From positions 124,235-148,234 of the forward strand of contig NZ_JBFAON010000008.1 of NCBI RefSeq assembly GCF_040659795.1: DNA of 24,000 bases. Reading direction: 5' to 3'. Position 1 is the first letter of the stretch. Every line of letters starts with the position of its first letter. Position numbers and translations under genes: made by a program. The notes beneath the pieces are model-generated. The model was not told the origin of the DNA. It did no database searches and saw only the letters and a list, made by a program, of their open reading frames with translations. This DNA is from Pseudonocardia sp. NPDC049635. GTDB lineage: Bacteria > Actinomycetota > Actinomycetes > Mycobacteriales > Pseudonocardiaceae. Shown one piece after another: positions 1 through 8,374 of the stretch.

Positions 1-629
1 AACCGGGTCACCCCGGCGGCGTGGAACGCGAGCACGGTGTCCAGGTCGCGCACCCCGCCCGAGGCCTTCACCCGGACCGACGGACCGACGCTGCGCCGCA
101 TCAGCGCGACGTGCTCGGGCGTCGCACCGCCACCGGCGAAACCGGTGGAGGTCTTCACGAACGCCGCTCCGGCCCGTTCGGCGACCCCGCACCCGGCGAC
201 GATCTCCTCGTCGGACAGCAGTGCCGTCTCCAGGATGACCTTCACGATCCGGCCGCCTGCGGCGCCGACGACGGCGCGGACATCGCTCTCGGCGTCGTCG
301 AGCAGGCCGCTGCGCAGCCACCCCACGTTGATCACCATGTCCAGCTCGGCGGCGCCGTCGGCGATCGCGGCGCGGGACTCGGCGACCTTGGCCGCGGTGC
401 TGGTGGTGCCGTGCGGGAACCCGATCACGGTGCCGACCGCGACGCCGGTGCCGTCGAGCCGGCTCACGGCGTGCGCGACATCGCCGGGACGGACGCAGAC
501 ACTGAACACCCGGTACCGGGCGGCGACGTCGAGCTGGGCGTCGACCTCGGACCTGGTCAGCTCCGGCTTGAGGATCGCGTGGTCGATCATCCCGGCGATC
601 TCGGTGGCGGTGAGGGTCGGGACGCGCAC
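1..629 (-). CDS. deoC: deoxyribose-phosphate aldolase (C-terminal end runs off the window)
   Basis: Absent from the ORF track because there is no in-window stop. My reverse-complement translation from GTG at 629 reads VRVPTLTATEIAGMIDHAILKPELTRSEVDAQLDVAARYRVFSVCVRPGDVAHAVSRLDGTGVAVGTVIGFPHGTTSTAAKVAESRAAIADGAAELDMVINVGWLRSGLL...GRIVKVILETALLSDEEIVAGCGVAERAGAAFVKTSTGFAGGGAT. The VKVILET and FVKTSTGF motifs are class I DeoC hallmarks. A purine-rich GAGAGGGGA lies upstream of the GTG. Confidence 0.85.
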   Translation of the reverse strand, partial: MRVPTLTATEIAGMIDHAILKPELTRSEVDAQLDVAARYRVFSVCVRPGDVAHAVSRLDGTGVAVGTVIGFPHGTTSTAAKVAESRAAIADGAAELDMVINVGWLRSGLLDDAESDVRAVVGAAGGRIVKVILETALLSDEEIVAGCGVAERAGAAFVKTSTGFAGGGATPEHVALMRRSVGPSVRVKASGGVRDLDTVLAFHAAGVTR

Positions 630-751
630 GAGGTCCCCTCTCTGCGACGGCGGGTGCACGACGAGGCTACGCGTACCGCATGCGGTCACGGCCGGTCCTT
701 GCCATGCTGGCCGTGGACCGGACCCACCGGTCGCAGGAGAGGCGGTCGGTC

Positions 752-1345
752 GTGGACGAGCAACGGAACCACCCGGCGCCAGCGCCCGCCCACCGTCGGG
801 ACACCGGGCCCGCGCTCCGCTTCGAGACCGCCCGGCACCCCTCCGGTGCGACCGTCCTGCGCGCGATCGGCGCGATCGACGACGAGACCTCCCCCGACCT
901 CTGGGTCGAGCTCGGGATCCGGTCCGAGCAGGCCGACGACATCGTCCTCGACCTGTCCGGTGTGGACGTCCTCGGGACCGCGGGGCTGGCCGCGCTGCTG
1001 GAGTCCCGGGACCGGCTCGACGCCGAGGGCAGGCGGCTGCGGATCCTCTGCGGCACCGGCCGTGCGGCCCGGCGGGCACTGCAGGTCACCGGCGCGATGG
1101 AACAGTTCGAGGTCCTCGACCGGCTGCCCGACGGGCCGGCCGGCTCCCGGGACACCGTGTTCGGCGTGCCCGATCCGGACACCCGGCTCGACGGCAGCCC
1201 GCGCACCGGCGGGGGGGTGAGCCGACCGGCGCCTCACCCGTCGGGCACCGTCACGGTCACCGTGGTGCCGGTCCCCGGCCGGGACCGGATCCGGAGCCGG
1301 CCACCGACCAGTTCCGCGCGCTCGGTCATCGAACGCAGACCGTAG
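752..1345 (+). CDS. STAS-domain protein (anti-sigma-factor antagonist-like) with a long Pro/Arg/Gly-rich tail
   Basis: Frame of track ORF 680..1345. The STAS-like core is LRFETARHPSGATVLRAIGAIDDETSPDLWVELG...DDIVLDLSGVDVLGTAGLAALLESRDRLDAEGRRLRILCGTGRAARRALQVTGAMEQFEVLD. I prefer the GTG at 752 because AGGAGAGG (735-742) lies 9 nt upstream; ATG 680 or 704 are also possible. The 3' end overlaps the convergent kinase gene by 112 nt, and the true stop may be affected by a G7 run (see findings). Confidence 0.6.
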   Translation: MDEQRNHPAPAPAHRRDTGPALRFETARHPSGATVLRAIGAIDDETSPDLWVELGIRSEQADDIVLDLSGVDVLGTAGLAALLESRDRLDAEGRRLRILCGTGRAARRALQVTGAMEQFEVLDRLPDGPAGSRDTVFGVPDPDTRLDGSPRTGGGVSRPAPHPSGTVTVTVVPVPGRDRIRSRPPTSSARSVIERRP

Positions 1346-2430
1346 GCCTCGTCGGGTCCGGGCCCGGCCGGCGCACCGCTGTCGAAGCCGACCCCGTCGT
1401 CGCTCACCTCGAGGCGGGCGATGCCGCCGGTGACCTCGAACCGGATCACGGCCGCCGAGGCCGCCGCGTGCTTGACGACGTTCTGCAGACACTCCTGAGC
1501 GATCCGGTACAGCGCCACCTCGACGTGCTCGGGGAGACGCCGGTCGGTCACCTGCGCCTCCACCGGCAGCTGGGCGGTGGACCGGGCGAGGCTGTCGAGC
1601 GCACCGGCCAGGCCGAGATCGTCCAGGATCGGCGGCCGCAGGCCGCCGATGGCCGAGCGCGCCTCGTCGAGCGCCAGGCCGAGCAGGTCGCGGGCACACC
1701 CCAGCTGGGCGGCCAGCTCGTCCCCGTCGGCCGCGTTCGACGCAGCGTCCAGGTGGTACGACAGGCTGATCAACCGCTGTGAGATGCCGTCGTGGATGTC
1801 GGCCGCCATCCGGCGCCGCTCCGCCTCCTGGGTGGCGACGACCCGCTCGACGAACAGCTCGTGGCTGCGTTCGCGGGCGGCCAGCCGCCGGTGCAGCCGG
1901 GCCTGGTGCAGCGCTCCCGCGACCAGCCGTCCGATGCTGCGCAGGAGCTCGACGTCGCGGCCGGTGAACGCCCGGCGGGCCACGCTGTGCACGTTCAGCA
2001 CGCCGACCAGGTCACCCGGGTCGAGCTCCATCGGGATCGAGGCCATCGAGGTGAAGTCCGCCCCGCGCAGCGCCGGGATCGGCACGTAACGGGGGTCCCG
2101 TTCCTTGTCCTCGACGATCACGACCGGTTCGCGGTTGCGGGCCACCCAGCCCGAGACGCCGGTGCCCAGCGGCAGCCGGACCCGGCCGACCTGCCCGTCG
2201 AACGGCGGGGTGGCGCCGGCCAGGGTCAGCGACCGGTCGGAGTCGTCGAGCACGTGCACGAAGCACACATCGGTGGCCGTGGTCGCGGTGATGATCCGGG
2301 CGACCTCGGCGGCCAGCCGCTCGACGTCCGGGCCGGTCGTGGTGAGCCGGATGACGTCGAGCAGCAGCGCCACCTCGTCGTCCGGGTCGATCAGCGCACC
2401 GACCGGGTCGAGCGGACGCGGCCCGCTCAC
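1234..2430 (-). CDS. GAF-domain sensor histidine kinase (HisKA_3 / NarL-partner type)
   Basis: 399 codons from GTG 2430, which forms a GTGA overlap with the stop of the upstream response-regulator gene. GAF-like N-terminus (VCFVHVLDDSDRSLTLAGATPP...GTGVSGWVARNREPVVIVED), H-box AADIHDGISQRL, and ATPase domain (LEVSDDGVGFD, GLRSMTERAELVGGRLRIRS). The 560-aa track ORF continues upstream through the regulator gene, so I trimmed it. Confidence 0.85.
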   Translation of the reverse strand: MSGPRPLDPVGALIDPDDEVALLLDVIRLTTTGPDVERLAAEVARIITATTATDVCFVHVLDDSDRSLTLAGATPPFDGQVGRVRLPLGTGVSGWVARNREPVVIVEDKERDPRYVPIPALRGADFTSMASIPMELDPGDLVGVLNVHSVARRAFTGRDVELLRSIGRLVAGALHQARLHRRLAARERSHELFVERVVATQEAERRRMAADIHDGISQRLISLSYHLDAASNAADGDELAAQLGCARDLLGLALDEARSAIGGLRPPILDDLGLAGALDSLARSTAQLPVEAQVTDRRLPEHVEVALYRIAQECLQNVVKHAAASAAVIRFEVTGGIARLEVSDDGVGFDSGAPAGPGPDEAYGLRSMTERAELVGGRLRIRSRPGTGTTVTVTVPDG

Positions 2431-3095
2431 CGGAAGATCCCTTCGCGCAGTGCTGCCGCGACCGCGCCGGTCCGGTCGCCGACGTCCAGCTTGCGGTAGA
2501 TCGAGCGCAGATGACTCTTGACCGTCTCGTCGCTGATCACCAGGCGGCCGGCGATCGCACGGTTCGACATGCCCGTCACCATGTGCGAGAGGATCTCGCT
2601 CTCCCGCTGGGTCAGCCCGTGCCTGCTGCCCGGCCAGAACTCGTTGCTCTGCATCCGGGCGGCGGTGTCCACGGCGCGGGCGGCCATACCCGGATCGAGC
2701 ACGGTGGTGCCCGCGTGCGCGCTCTCGATCTGGCGCACCAGGTCGGCCCCGCCGATGTCCTTGAGCAGGTAACCGCAGGCTCCGGCGCGCACGGCCTGGA
2801 ACAGGTACTGCTCGTCGTCGTGCACGGAGAGCAGCACGATCCGGCTGGCGGGGTCGCGCTGGAGCACCCTGCGGCACAGGTCCAGACCGCTGCTGCCGCG
2901 CATCCGGACGTCGCACAGCACGATGTCGGGGGCCAGCCCGGTGATCACCTCGACCGCGTCCTCGGCCCCGATGCAGTGCCCGACCACCCGGACCCGGCTG
3001 CGGAACGCTCCGAGCATCGCCTTCAGTCCCTCGACCACCATCTCGTGGTCGTCGACCAGTACGACCCGGATCGGGCCGGATCCCCGGGTCACCAT
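2427..3095 (-). CDS. NarL/LuxR-family two-component response regulator
   Basis: 222 aa. Receiver domain ([39 protein letters not shown]) plus a C-terminal LuxR-type HTH ([45 protein letters not shown]). Coupled to the downstream kinase by a 4-nt overlap. Confidence 0.9.
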   Translation of the reverse strand: MVTRGSGPIRVVLVDDHEMVVEGLKAMLGAFRSRVRVVGHCIGAEDAVEVITGLAPDIVLCDVRMRGSSGLDLCRRVLQRDPASRIVLLSVHDDEQYLFQAVRAGACGYLLKDIGGADLVRQIESAHAGTTVLDPGMAARAVDTAARMQSNEFWPGSRHGLTQRESEILSHMVTGMSNRAIAGRLVISDETVKSHLRSIYRKLDVGDRTGAVAAALREGIFR

Positions 3096-3214
3096 GGCCG
3101 GATCCTAGGTCCGCGAACGCCGCCCGGGGATCCCCCGGACTTCCCCCGACGTGGGGGACGAGAACGCGATCCGCGGATTCCTACGGTCGATCCGCCACCC
3201 ACGAAAGGCGCGTG
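3096..3214. promoter_or_regulatory. divergent intergenic region between the response-regulator gene and tkt (putative promoters/operators)
   Basis: 119 bp between two divergent start codons. It contains GGGGATCCCC (3126-3135), TCCCCC-n5-GGGGGA (3142-3158) and ATCCGCGGAT (3169-3178). The tkt SD GAAAGG is at 3203-3208. No promoter hexamers could be assigned with confidence. Confidence 0.35.
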
Positions 3215-5290
3215 ATGACCGAGAACCGGAGCCAACAGGTCCTCCACCCGTTCGACACGCCCCGGGACGTGCCGGACCGCACACCCACCACCGACCTCGA
3301 CGAGCTCGCCGCCCACACGATCCGGCTGCTGACGGTCGACGCGGTGGAGGAGGCCGGGAGCGGGCACCCCGGCCTGCCGCTGGGCGCCGCCCTCCCGGCA
3401 TGGGTGCTGTGGTCGCGGCACCTGCGCCACGACCCCGCCGACCCGGGCTGGCCGGACCGGGACCGTTTCGTGCTCTCCGCCGGGCACGGCTCGATGTTGC
3501 TCTACGCGTTGCTGCACCTGACCGGCTACGACCTCGGCCTCGACGACCTGCGCCGGTTCCGCACGACGGGATCCCGCACGCCGGGCCATCCCGAGTACGG
3601 GATCACCCCCGGCGTGGAGACCACCACCGGCCCGCTGGGGCAGGGGATCGCCACCGCCGTCGGGATGGCGCTCGCCGAGCGGATGCTCGCCGAGCGCTGC
3701 AACTCCGCGGAGCACCCGGTCGTCGACCACCGGACCTGGGTGCTGGCCGGCGACGGCTGCCTGATGGAGGGCGTCAGCCACGAGGCCGCGTCGCTGGCCG
3801 GGCGGCTCGGTCTCGACCGGCTCACCGTGGTGTTCGACGACAACGACGTCACCATCGACGGGCCCGCCACACACAGCTGCACCGACGACGTCGAGGCCCG
3901 TTTCCGGGCCTACGGCTGGCACACGGTGCGGGTCGAGGACGGCACCGATGCCGCCGCGCTGGACCGCGCCTACACGGCCGCCCGCGCCGAGACCGGCCGG
4001 CCGACCCTGGTGTCGGTCCGGACCACGATCGGTCTCGGCGCACCCGGGGTGGAGGGCACGCCGAAGGCGCACGGCAGCCCGGTCGGCCCGGCGGCGGTGC
4101 GGGCGATGCGGGCCGCCGCGGGAATGCCGGACACGCCGTTCGCCGTCCCCGCCGAGCTGAGCAGGTCCCTCGCCGGACTGCGCGAGCGGTGGACGGCGGC
4201 CCGGCGCGAGTGGACGGAGCTGCACGGGCGGTGGCGCGCCGCCCGTCCCGCGGCCGCGGCGGTGTTCCCGCTGCGTGCAACGCCGGTCCTGGACGACCTG
4301 CGCGGGCTGCGACGGCTCGCCGGTGCCGCGGACCGACCCGGCGCGCCGAGCGCCGTGGCGACCCGGCGCGCCTCGGCGGCCGCCCTGCGTGCGGTCGCCG
4401 ACGCCTGTCCCGGCCTGGTCGGTGGCTCCGCGGACCTGGCCTCCTCGACCGGGACGGTGCTGCCCGGTGGTGACGTCGGCCCCGGTTCGTTCGCCGCACG
4501 GACCGTGGCGTTCGGCATCCGGGAGCACGGGATGGCCGCGGCGCTGAACGGGATCGCCCTGCACGGCGGGCTGCGGCCGTTCGGCAGCACCTTCCTGGTG
4601 TTCGCCGACTATCTCCGCCCGGCGCTGCGGCTGTCGGCCATGATGGGGCTCCCGGTCACCTACCTGTTCACCCACGACTCGGTGCACGTCGGTGAGGACG
4701 GGCCGACCCATCAACCGGTCGAGCAGCTGGAGTCGCTGCGGCTGATCCCCGGCCTGACCGTGCTGCGCCCGGCCGACTCCGCCGAGACCGCGCTCGCCTG
4801 GGAGATCGCCGCGACCTCCACCGACCGGCCGACCGCGGTCGTGCTGAGCAGGCAGGACCTCCCCGAGCTCGGCTCCGGGGACCTCGACCGGATCCGCGAG
4901 CACGGGTTCCGGGTGGTCGGCACCGACCCGGCCCGGCCGGACGTCGTGCTGGCCGCCAGTGGCTCCGAGGTCGGGCTGGCCTGCAAGGCCGCCGAGCTGC
5001 TGCGTGCCCGCGGCACCGCGGCGCGGGTGCTGTCGGTGCCGTGGCGGGAACGGTTCGACCGGGCCCTCGACGCCGGGCAGGTCCCCCGGCCCGCGGTGCC
5101 GGTGGTGTGGATCGAGGCCGGCGTCCCGACCGGGTGGCGGGCGCTCGCCCGGCCCGGGGACACGGTGATCGGGATCGAGTCCTTCGGGCACAGCGGCCCC
5201 GGCGCCGAGGTCGCCGCGCATCTCGGTCTCACCGTCCGGGCGGTCGCCGCGGCGGCCCTGCGCTCGATCGGCCGCACCCCGCAGGGGTGA
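3215..5290 (+). CDS. tkt: transketolase
   Basis: Track ORF 3212..5290. Motifs: [99 protein letters not shown] 3215 sits 6 nt after GAAAGG; GTG 3212 is an alternative start. Confidence 0.93.
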   Translation: MTENRSQQVLHPFDTPRDVPDRTPTTDLDELAAHTIRLLTVDAVEEAGSGHPGLPLGAALPAWVLWSRHLRHDPADPGWPDRDRFVLSAGHGSMLLYALLHLTGYDLGLDDLRRFRTTGSRTPGHPEYGITPGVETTTGPLGQGIATAVGMALAERMLAERCNSAEHPVVDHRTWVLAGDGCLMEGVSHEAASLAGRLGLDRLTVVFDDNDVTIDGPATHSCTDDVEARFRAYGWHTVRVEDGTDAAALDRAYTAARAETGRPTLVSVRTTIGLGAPGVEGTPKAHGSPVGPAAVRAMRAAAGMPDTPFAVPAELSRSLAGLRERWTAARREWTELHGRWRAARPAAAAVFPLRATPVLDDLRGLRRLAGAADRPGAPSAVATRRASAAALRAVADACPGLVGGSADLASSTGTVLPGGDVGPGSFAARTVAFGIREHGMAAALNGIALHGGLRPFGSTFLVFADYLRPALRLSAMMGLPVTYLFTHDSVHVGEDGPTHQPVEQLESLRLIPGLTVLRPADSAETALAWEIAATSTDRPTAVVLSRQDLPELGSGDLDRIREHGFRVVGTDPARPDVVLAASGSEVGLACKAAELLRARGTAARVLSVPWRERFDRALDAGQVPRPAVPVVWIEAGVPTGWRALARPGDTVIGIESFGHSGPGAEVAAHLGLTVRAVAAAALRSIGRTPQG

Positions 5291-5301
5291 GCGGCCCGTA
5301 C

Positions 5302-5317
5302 CCGGTGTCCGCACCGG
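5302..5317. terminator. short hairpin between convergent tkt and the operon's last gene (possible bidirectional terminator)
   Basis: CCGGTG-tccg-CACCGG: a 6-bp perfect stem with a 4-nt loop, inside the 28-nt gap between two convergent stop codons. There is no U-tract, so support is weak. Confidence 0.3.
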
Positions 5318-5318
5318 C

Positions 5319-6161
5319 TCAGCGGGGCGCCGGTTCGGGGGTGAGCAGCCCGGGGTCCACGACCGCCCGGGCGGTCACCGAGGTGAGTGCCGCGTCGAGG
5401 ACCAGTGCGGCGTCCGCCGCGCCACCGTCGCCGAGGACGACGGCGGCGCTGTCCGGGCCCTCCCGGTGCGCCATCAGGAAGTCGTAGAGCAACCAGTCCA
5501 CCGCGCAGGCGACGGTCAGCGGATCGGCGGCGGCCGAGCCGGCGGCGTCGAGCACCGAGCGCAGTGCCTCGCGGTGCTCCCGGCGGGCGGCGTCCTTGTT
5601 CACCCCGGAGCTGTCGAACAGCAGCGTCGACAGCGTCAGCGGCAGCCGCCTGCCGTCCTCGGTGCGGACGACCCACCGCCCGCCTGCCCACGGCCGCGCC
5701 GGATCCACCCGGCACATCTCGCCGAACCCGCCGACCACACCCGGGCCGGGCCGGTCCAGTTCGTCGTCCAGCGGTGCGGGGCCGAGCAGACCGAGCGGCG
5801 CACGGGCCCGGACCGAGACGAGCGTGCTGGTGCCGACGATCTGCCCGGTCCGCACGTCCGGTTCCACACCCAGCTCGCGCGAGGCCAGCACGACGTCGTG
5901 CACCAGGCGGTCGAACACCCGGTACAGGGTGTGCAGCGACTCGCGCTCGGCGGCGTCGGGGCGTCGGCCGCCGCCGAGCAGCTCGCCGTAGCGCCGTGCC
6001 GCGTCGATCAGGGCGTCGTCCAGCGCGGCGAGGTGGGTGGCGACGAGGCGGTCCGGTTCGTCGTCGGTGGTGACCAGCGTGCGCAGCGTCGTGGGCGTGC
6101 CGTCCGGGCCCGCCCAGGAGAATCCGATCTGCTCGTCGGTCTGCAGGATCCGTGGTCTCAC
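5319..6161 (-). CDS. hypothetical protein, last gene of the hydrogenase operon
   Basis: 280 aa. GTG 6161 forms a GTGA overlap with the stop of the upstream ORF. Codon usage is GC3-rich like its neighbours. I recognise no motif, signal peptide or TM segment. Confidence 0.65.
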   Translation of the reverse strand: MRPRILQTDEQIGFSWAGPDGTPTTLRTLVTTDDEPDRLVATHLAALDDALIDAARRYGELLGGGRRPDAAERESLHTLYRVFDRLVHDVVLASRELGVEPDVRTGQIVGTSTLVSVRARAPLGLLGPAPLDDELDRPGPGVVGGFGEMCRVDPARPWAGGRWVVRTEDGRRLPLTLSTLLFDSSGVNKDAARREHREALRSVLDAAGSAAADPLTVACAVDWLLYDFLMAHREGPDSAAVVLGDGGAADAALVLDAALTSVTARAVVDPGLLTPEPAPR

Positions 6162-6934
6162 GTCACCCTCCCCTTCCGTTCGCTCCGCGCCGCCACCCGG
6201 AGCAGCCGTCGGTTCGTCCGCTCCAGCTGGCGGACGGTGCTCGCCCGCAGCTCGTGCAACCGGCTGCGTTCGAGGCGGCCGCAGATCCGGCCCCAGTGCA
6301 GTGCGACCGCGTCGTCGACCCGCAGCCCGGGGGCCGGGGCGTAGCCCTCGACGACCGCCGGGATCCGGGTCACCACCGGCTCGGCGAGCCGCAGCGCGCC
6401 GCCGACCAGGCTCAGCGGCCGGTACCGGACGTCGACCTCGTCACCGCGGAGGGCGAGCACCGTCGCCCAGGTGATCCGGCAGCTGTCCAGGACGTGCAGC
6501 GGGTGCTCGTCGGCCCCGCGGCCCAGCAACCGGGTCCAGGGGTAGACGCCGAGGACGTGGAAGGCGTGGTTGCCGGCGGCCTCGTCGAGCAGGTCGGCGG
6601 TGAGGTGCGACCAGTAGTGCCCGGCCTGCGGGCCGATCACGGCCAGCAGCTCGGCGCCGAACGCCCTCGGGTCCAACCGCTCCCCCACCCCGCCGCCGAA
6701 CCAGTAGGACTCGACGACCCGTGGGTCCAGCGGGTCGTCGATCCCGGCCATCCGGGACAGCACCTGCAGGTAGGGCCAGGCGCCGGAGAACCGGCGCGCC
6801 GCGGCCCGGACCTGTGCCGCCGTCCCGGTGCGGAGCACGTCGCCCGCCGGTGGTCCGCAGTAGCCGAGGTGGTTCGGCGCGTAGGCGTAGCGGGCGAACA
6901 GCTCCGCCCCGGCGTCGGTGGCCGCCGCCGTCAC
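6158..6934 (-). CDS. hydrogenase-cluster-associated hypothetical protein
   Basis: 258 aa from GTG 6934 (GTGA overlap with the hypD stop). It lies in the frame of track ORF 6158..7231, which I trimmed at hypD. The N-terminus is distinctive: ELFARYAYAPNHLGYCGPP. No catalytic motif recognised. Confidence 0.7.
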   Translation of the reverse strand: MTAAATDAGAELFARYAYAPNHLGYCGPPAGDVLRTGTAAQVRAAARRFSGAWPYLQVLSRMAGIDDPLDPRVVESYWFGGGVGERLDPRAFGAELLAVIGPQAGHYWSHLTADLLDEAAGNHAFHVLGVYPWTRLLGRGADEHPLHVLDSCRITWATVLALRGDEVDVRYRPLSLVGGALRLAEPVVTRIPAVVEGYAPAPGLRVDDAVALHWGRICGRLERSRLHELRASTVRQLERTNRRLLRVAARSERKGRVT

Positions 6935-8067
6935 CCCTGGCCGACCAGCTGGGCGGCGTCGCGGTGCATGCGCCCGAAGTTGTAGTAGGCGGCGCACGCC
7001 CCCTCCGGGGAGACCATGCAGGTCCCGATCGGGGTCTCGGGGGTGCAGGCGGTGCCGAACACCTTGCACTCCCACGGTTTGAGCACCCCCTTCAGCACCT
7101 CGCCGCACTGGCAGGCCTTGGGGTCGGCCACCCGGACCCCCGGCAGGTCGACCCGGCGCTCGGCGTCGAACTCCGCGAACTCCTCGCGGATCGCGAGCGC
7201 GCTCTGCGAGATGAACCCGAGCCCGCGCCACTCGAAATGCGGACGCAGCGTGAACACCCGGCCCAGCAGTTCCAGCGCCGCCGGGTTGCCGTGCTCGTCG
7301 ACGACCCTGGAGTACTGGTTCTCGACCTCGCAGCGGCCCTCCCGGATCTGGGTCAGCAGCATCGCGACCGAGGCGAGGATGTCCAGCGGTTCGAATCCGG
7401 CGACCACCAGCGGCTTGCGGTAGACCTCGGGGACGAAACGGTACGGCGTCGTCCCGACGACGGTGGAGACGTGCCCGGGCCCGAGGAACCCGGACAACCG
7501 CAGGTCCGGCGAGTCCAGGATGGCCTTGATCGGCGGCACAATCGTCACGTGGTTGCAGAACACGCTGAAGTTCCGCACCCCCAGCTCACGCGCCCGGACC
7601 AGGGTGACCGCGGTGGACGGCGCGGTCGTCTCGAAACCGATCGCGTAGAACACGACCTGGCGGTCGGGGTTGTCGACGGCGATCTTCAACGCGTCCAGCG
7701 GCGAGTACACGAACCGCACGTCGCCGCCACGCGCACGGGCGTCGAGCAGGCTGCCGTTCGAACCGGGGACGCGCATCATGTCGCCGAAACAGGTCAGGAT
7801 GACCTCGGGCTGCTCGGCCAGCCAGATCGCGTCGTCGACCCGGCCCATCGGGATGACGCAGACCGGGCAACCCGGCCCGTGCACCAGCTCGACGTTGCCG
7901 GGCAGGAGGTGCTCGATGCCGTGCCGGTAGATGGTGTGGGTGTGCCCGCCGCACACCTCCATGAACTTGAAGTGTTCGCCCTCGCTGCGCGGCTCGGCGA
8001 GCCGCCCGATCGCCCCGAGCAGTGCCCGGGCTGCCGCGGGGTCGCGGAATTCGTCGACGAATCGCAT
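6931..8067 (-). CDS. hypD: [NiFe]-hydrogenase maturation protein HypD
   Basis: 378 aa starting MRFVDEFRD. Motifs: CGGHTHT, GPGCPVCV, GFETTAPS, GPGHVS, and a C-terminal Cys cluster (CQCGEVL...CTPETPIGTCMVSPEGACAAYY). Confidence 0.93.
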   Translation of the reverse strand: MRFVDEFRDPAAARALLGAIGRLAEPRSEGEHFKFMEVCGGHTHTIYRHGIEHLLPGNVELVHGPGCPVCVIPMGRVDDAIWLAEQPEVILTCFGDMMRVPGSNGSLLDARARGGDVRFVYSPLDALKIAVDNPDRQVVFYAIGFETTAPSTAVTLVRARELGVRNFSVFCNHVTIVPPIKAILDSPDLRLSGFLGPGHVSTVVGTTPYRFVPEVYRKPLVVAGFEPLDILASVAMLLTQIREGRCEVENQYSRVVDEHGNPAALELLGRVFTLRPHFEWRGLGFISQSALAIREEFAEFDAERRVDLPGVRVADPKACQCGEVLKGVLKPWECKVFGTACTPETPIGTCMVSPEGACAAYYNFGRMHRDAAQLVGQG

Positions 8068-8090
8068 GGCTGCTCCGTGGTCGAAATGTG

Positions 8091-8363
8091 TCAGACGATG
8101 GACGACGAATCGAGTGCGTCGATCTCGTCCTGATAGCTCTCGCCCATCTTCTGGACGGCGTCGAGGGTCAGCAGGGCCTCCTTCTCGTCGATACGCGCCA
8201 TGGCGAATCCGACGTGCACGAGAACCCATTCGTCGACGGCCGGGAAGTCCCGTTCGAGCAGCCGGACGCTGATCGTCCGCTGCACGCCGCTCACGTCGAC
8301 CTTGGCGAGACAGTTGGCCCGGTCGGTGATCTCCACGATCCGTCCGGGGATGCCGAGGCACAT
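8091..8363 (-). CDS. hypC: HypC-family hydrogenase chaperone (second copy)
   Basis: 90 aa. Has the N-terminal MCLGIPGRIVEI and the ...DEWVLVHVGFAMARID motif. SD GAGGAGAG lies just upstream. Starts 11 nt after the hypE stop. Confidence 0.9.
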   Translation of the reverse strand: MCLGIPGRIVEITDRANCLAKVDVSGVQRTISVRLLERDFPAVDEWVLVHVGFAMARIDEKEALLTLDAVQKMGESYQDEIDALDSSSIV

Positions 8364-8374
8364 GAACTCTCCTC

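Noticed and set aside
675-686. Perfect 12-bp palindrome ACCGCATGCGGT in the deoC/STAS divergent spacer as an operator.
   Set aside because: A single short palindrome in GC-rich DNA is expected by chance several times per window. There is no second copy or flanking symmetry, and it overlaps a possible STAS start codon (ATG 680). It is kept only as a note.
21-1782. Plus-strand ORFs 21..1220 (399 aa) and 37..1782 (581 aa) at the left edge.
   Set aside because: They are antisense or out of frame relative to deoC (minus strand), the STAS frame and the kinase, and are low complexity. The deoC translation on the minus strand is motif-perfect.
1234-2916. Using the full track ORF lengths for the kinase (560 aa), hypF (918 aa), hypE (590 aa), hypD (476 aa), the TPR gene (764 aa), the protease frame (903 aa) and others.
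   Set aside because: The upstream extensions run through the preceding, well-supported genes. Internal GTG/ATG starts that form 4-nt overlaps or follow SD sequences give proteins of family-typical length and N-termini.
3215-5290. Transketolase next to a group 2a hydrogenase as evidence for a Calvin-cycle (cbb) autotrophy island.
   Set aside because: The window contains no RuBisCO, phosphoribulokinase or other cbb genes. tkt is on the opposite strand, convergent with the operon, and sits near deoC, which fits ordinary pentose metabolism equally well.
3089-5314. 741-aa minus-strand ORF antisense to transketolase, plus nested ORFs 3151..4473, 3849..4499, 3970..4590 and 4711..5715.
   Set aside because: These are shadow ORFs typical of very GC-rich DNA. 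Their translations are Arg/Pro/Gly/Ala low-complexity sequence with no motifs, whereas the plus-strand frame encodes a full-length, motif-complete transketolase.
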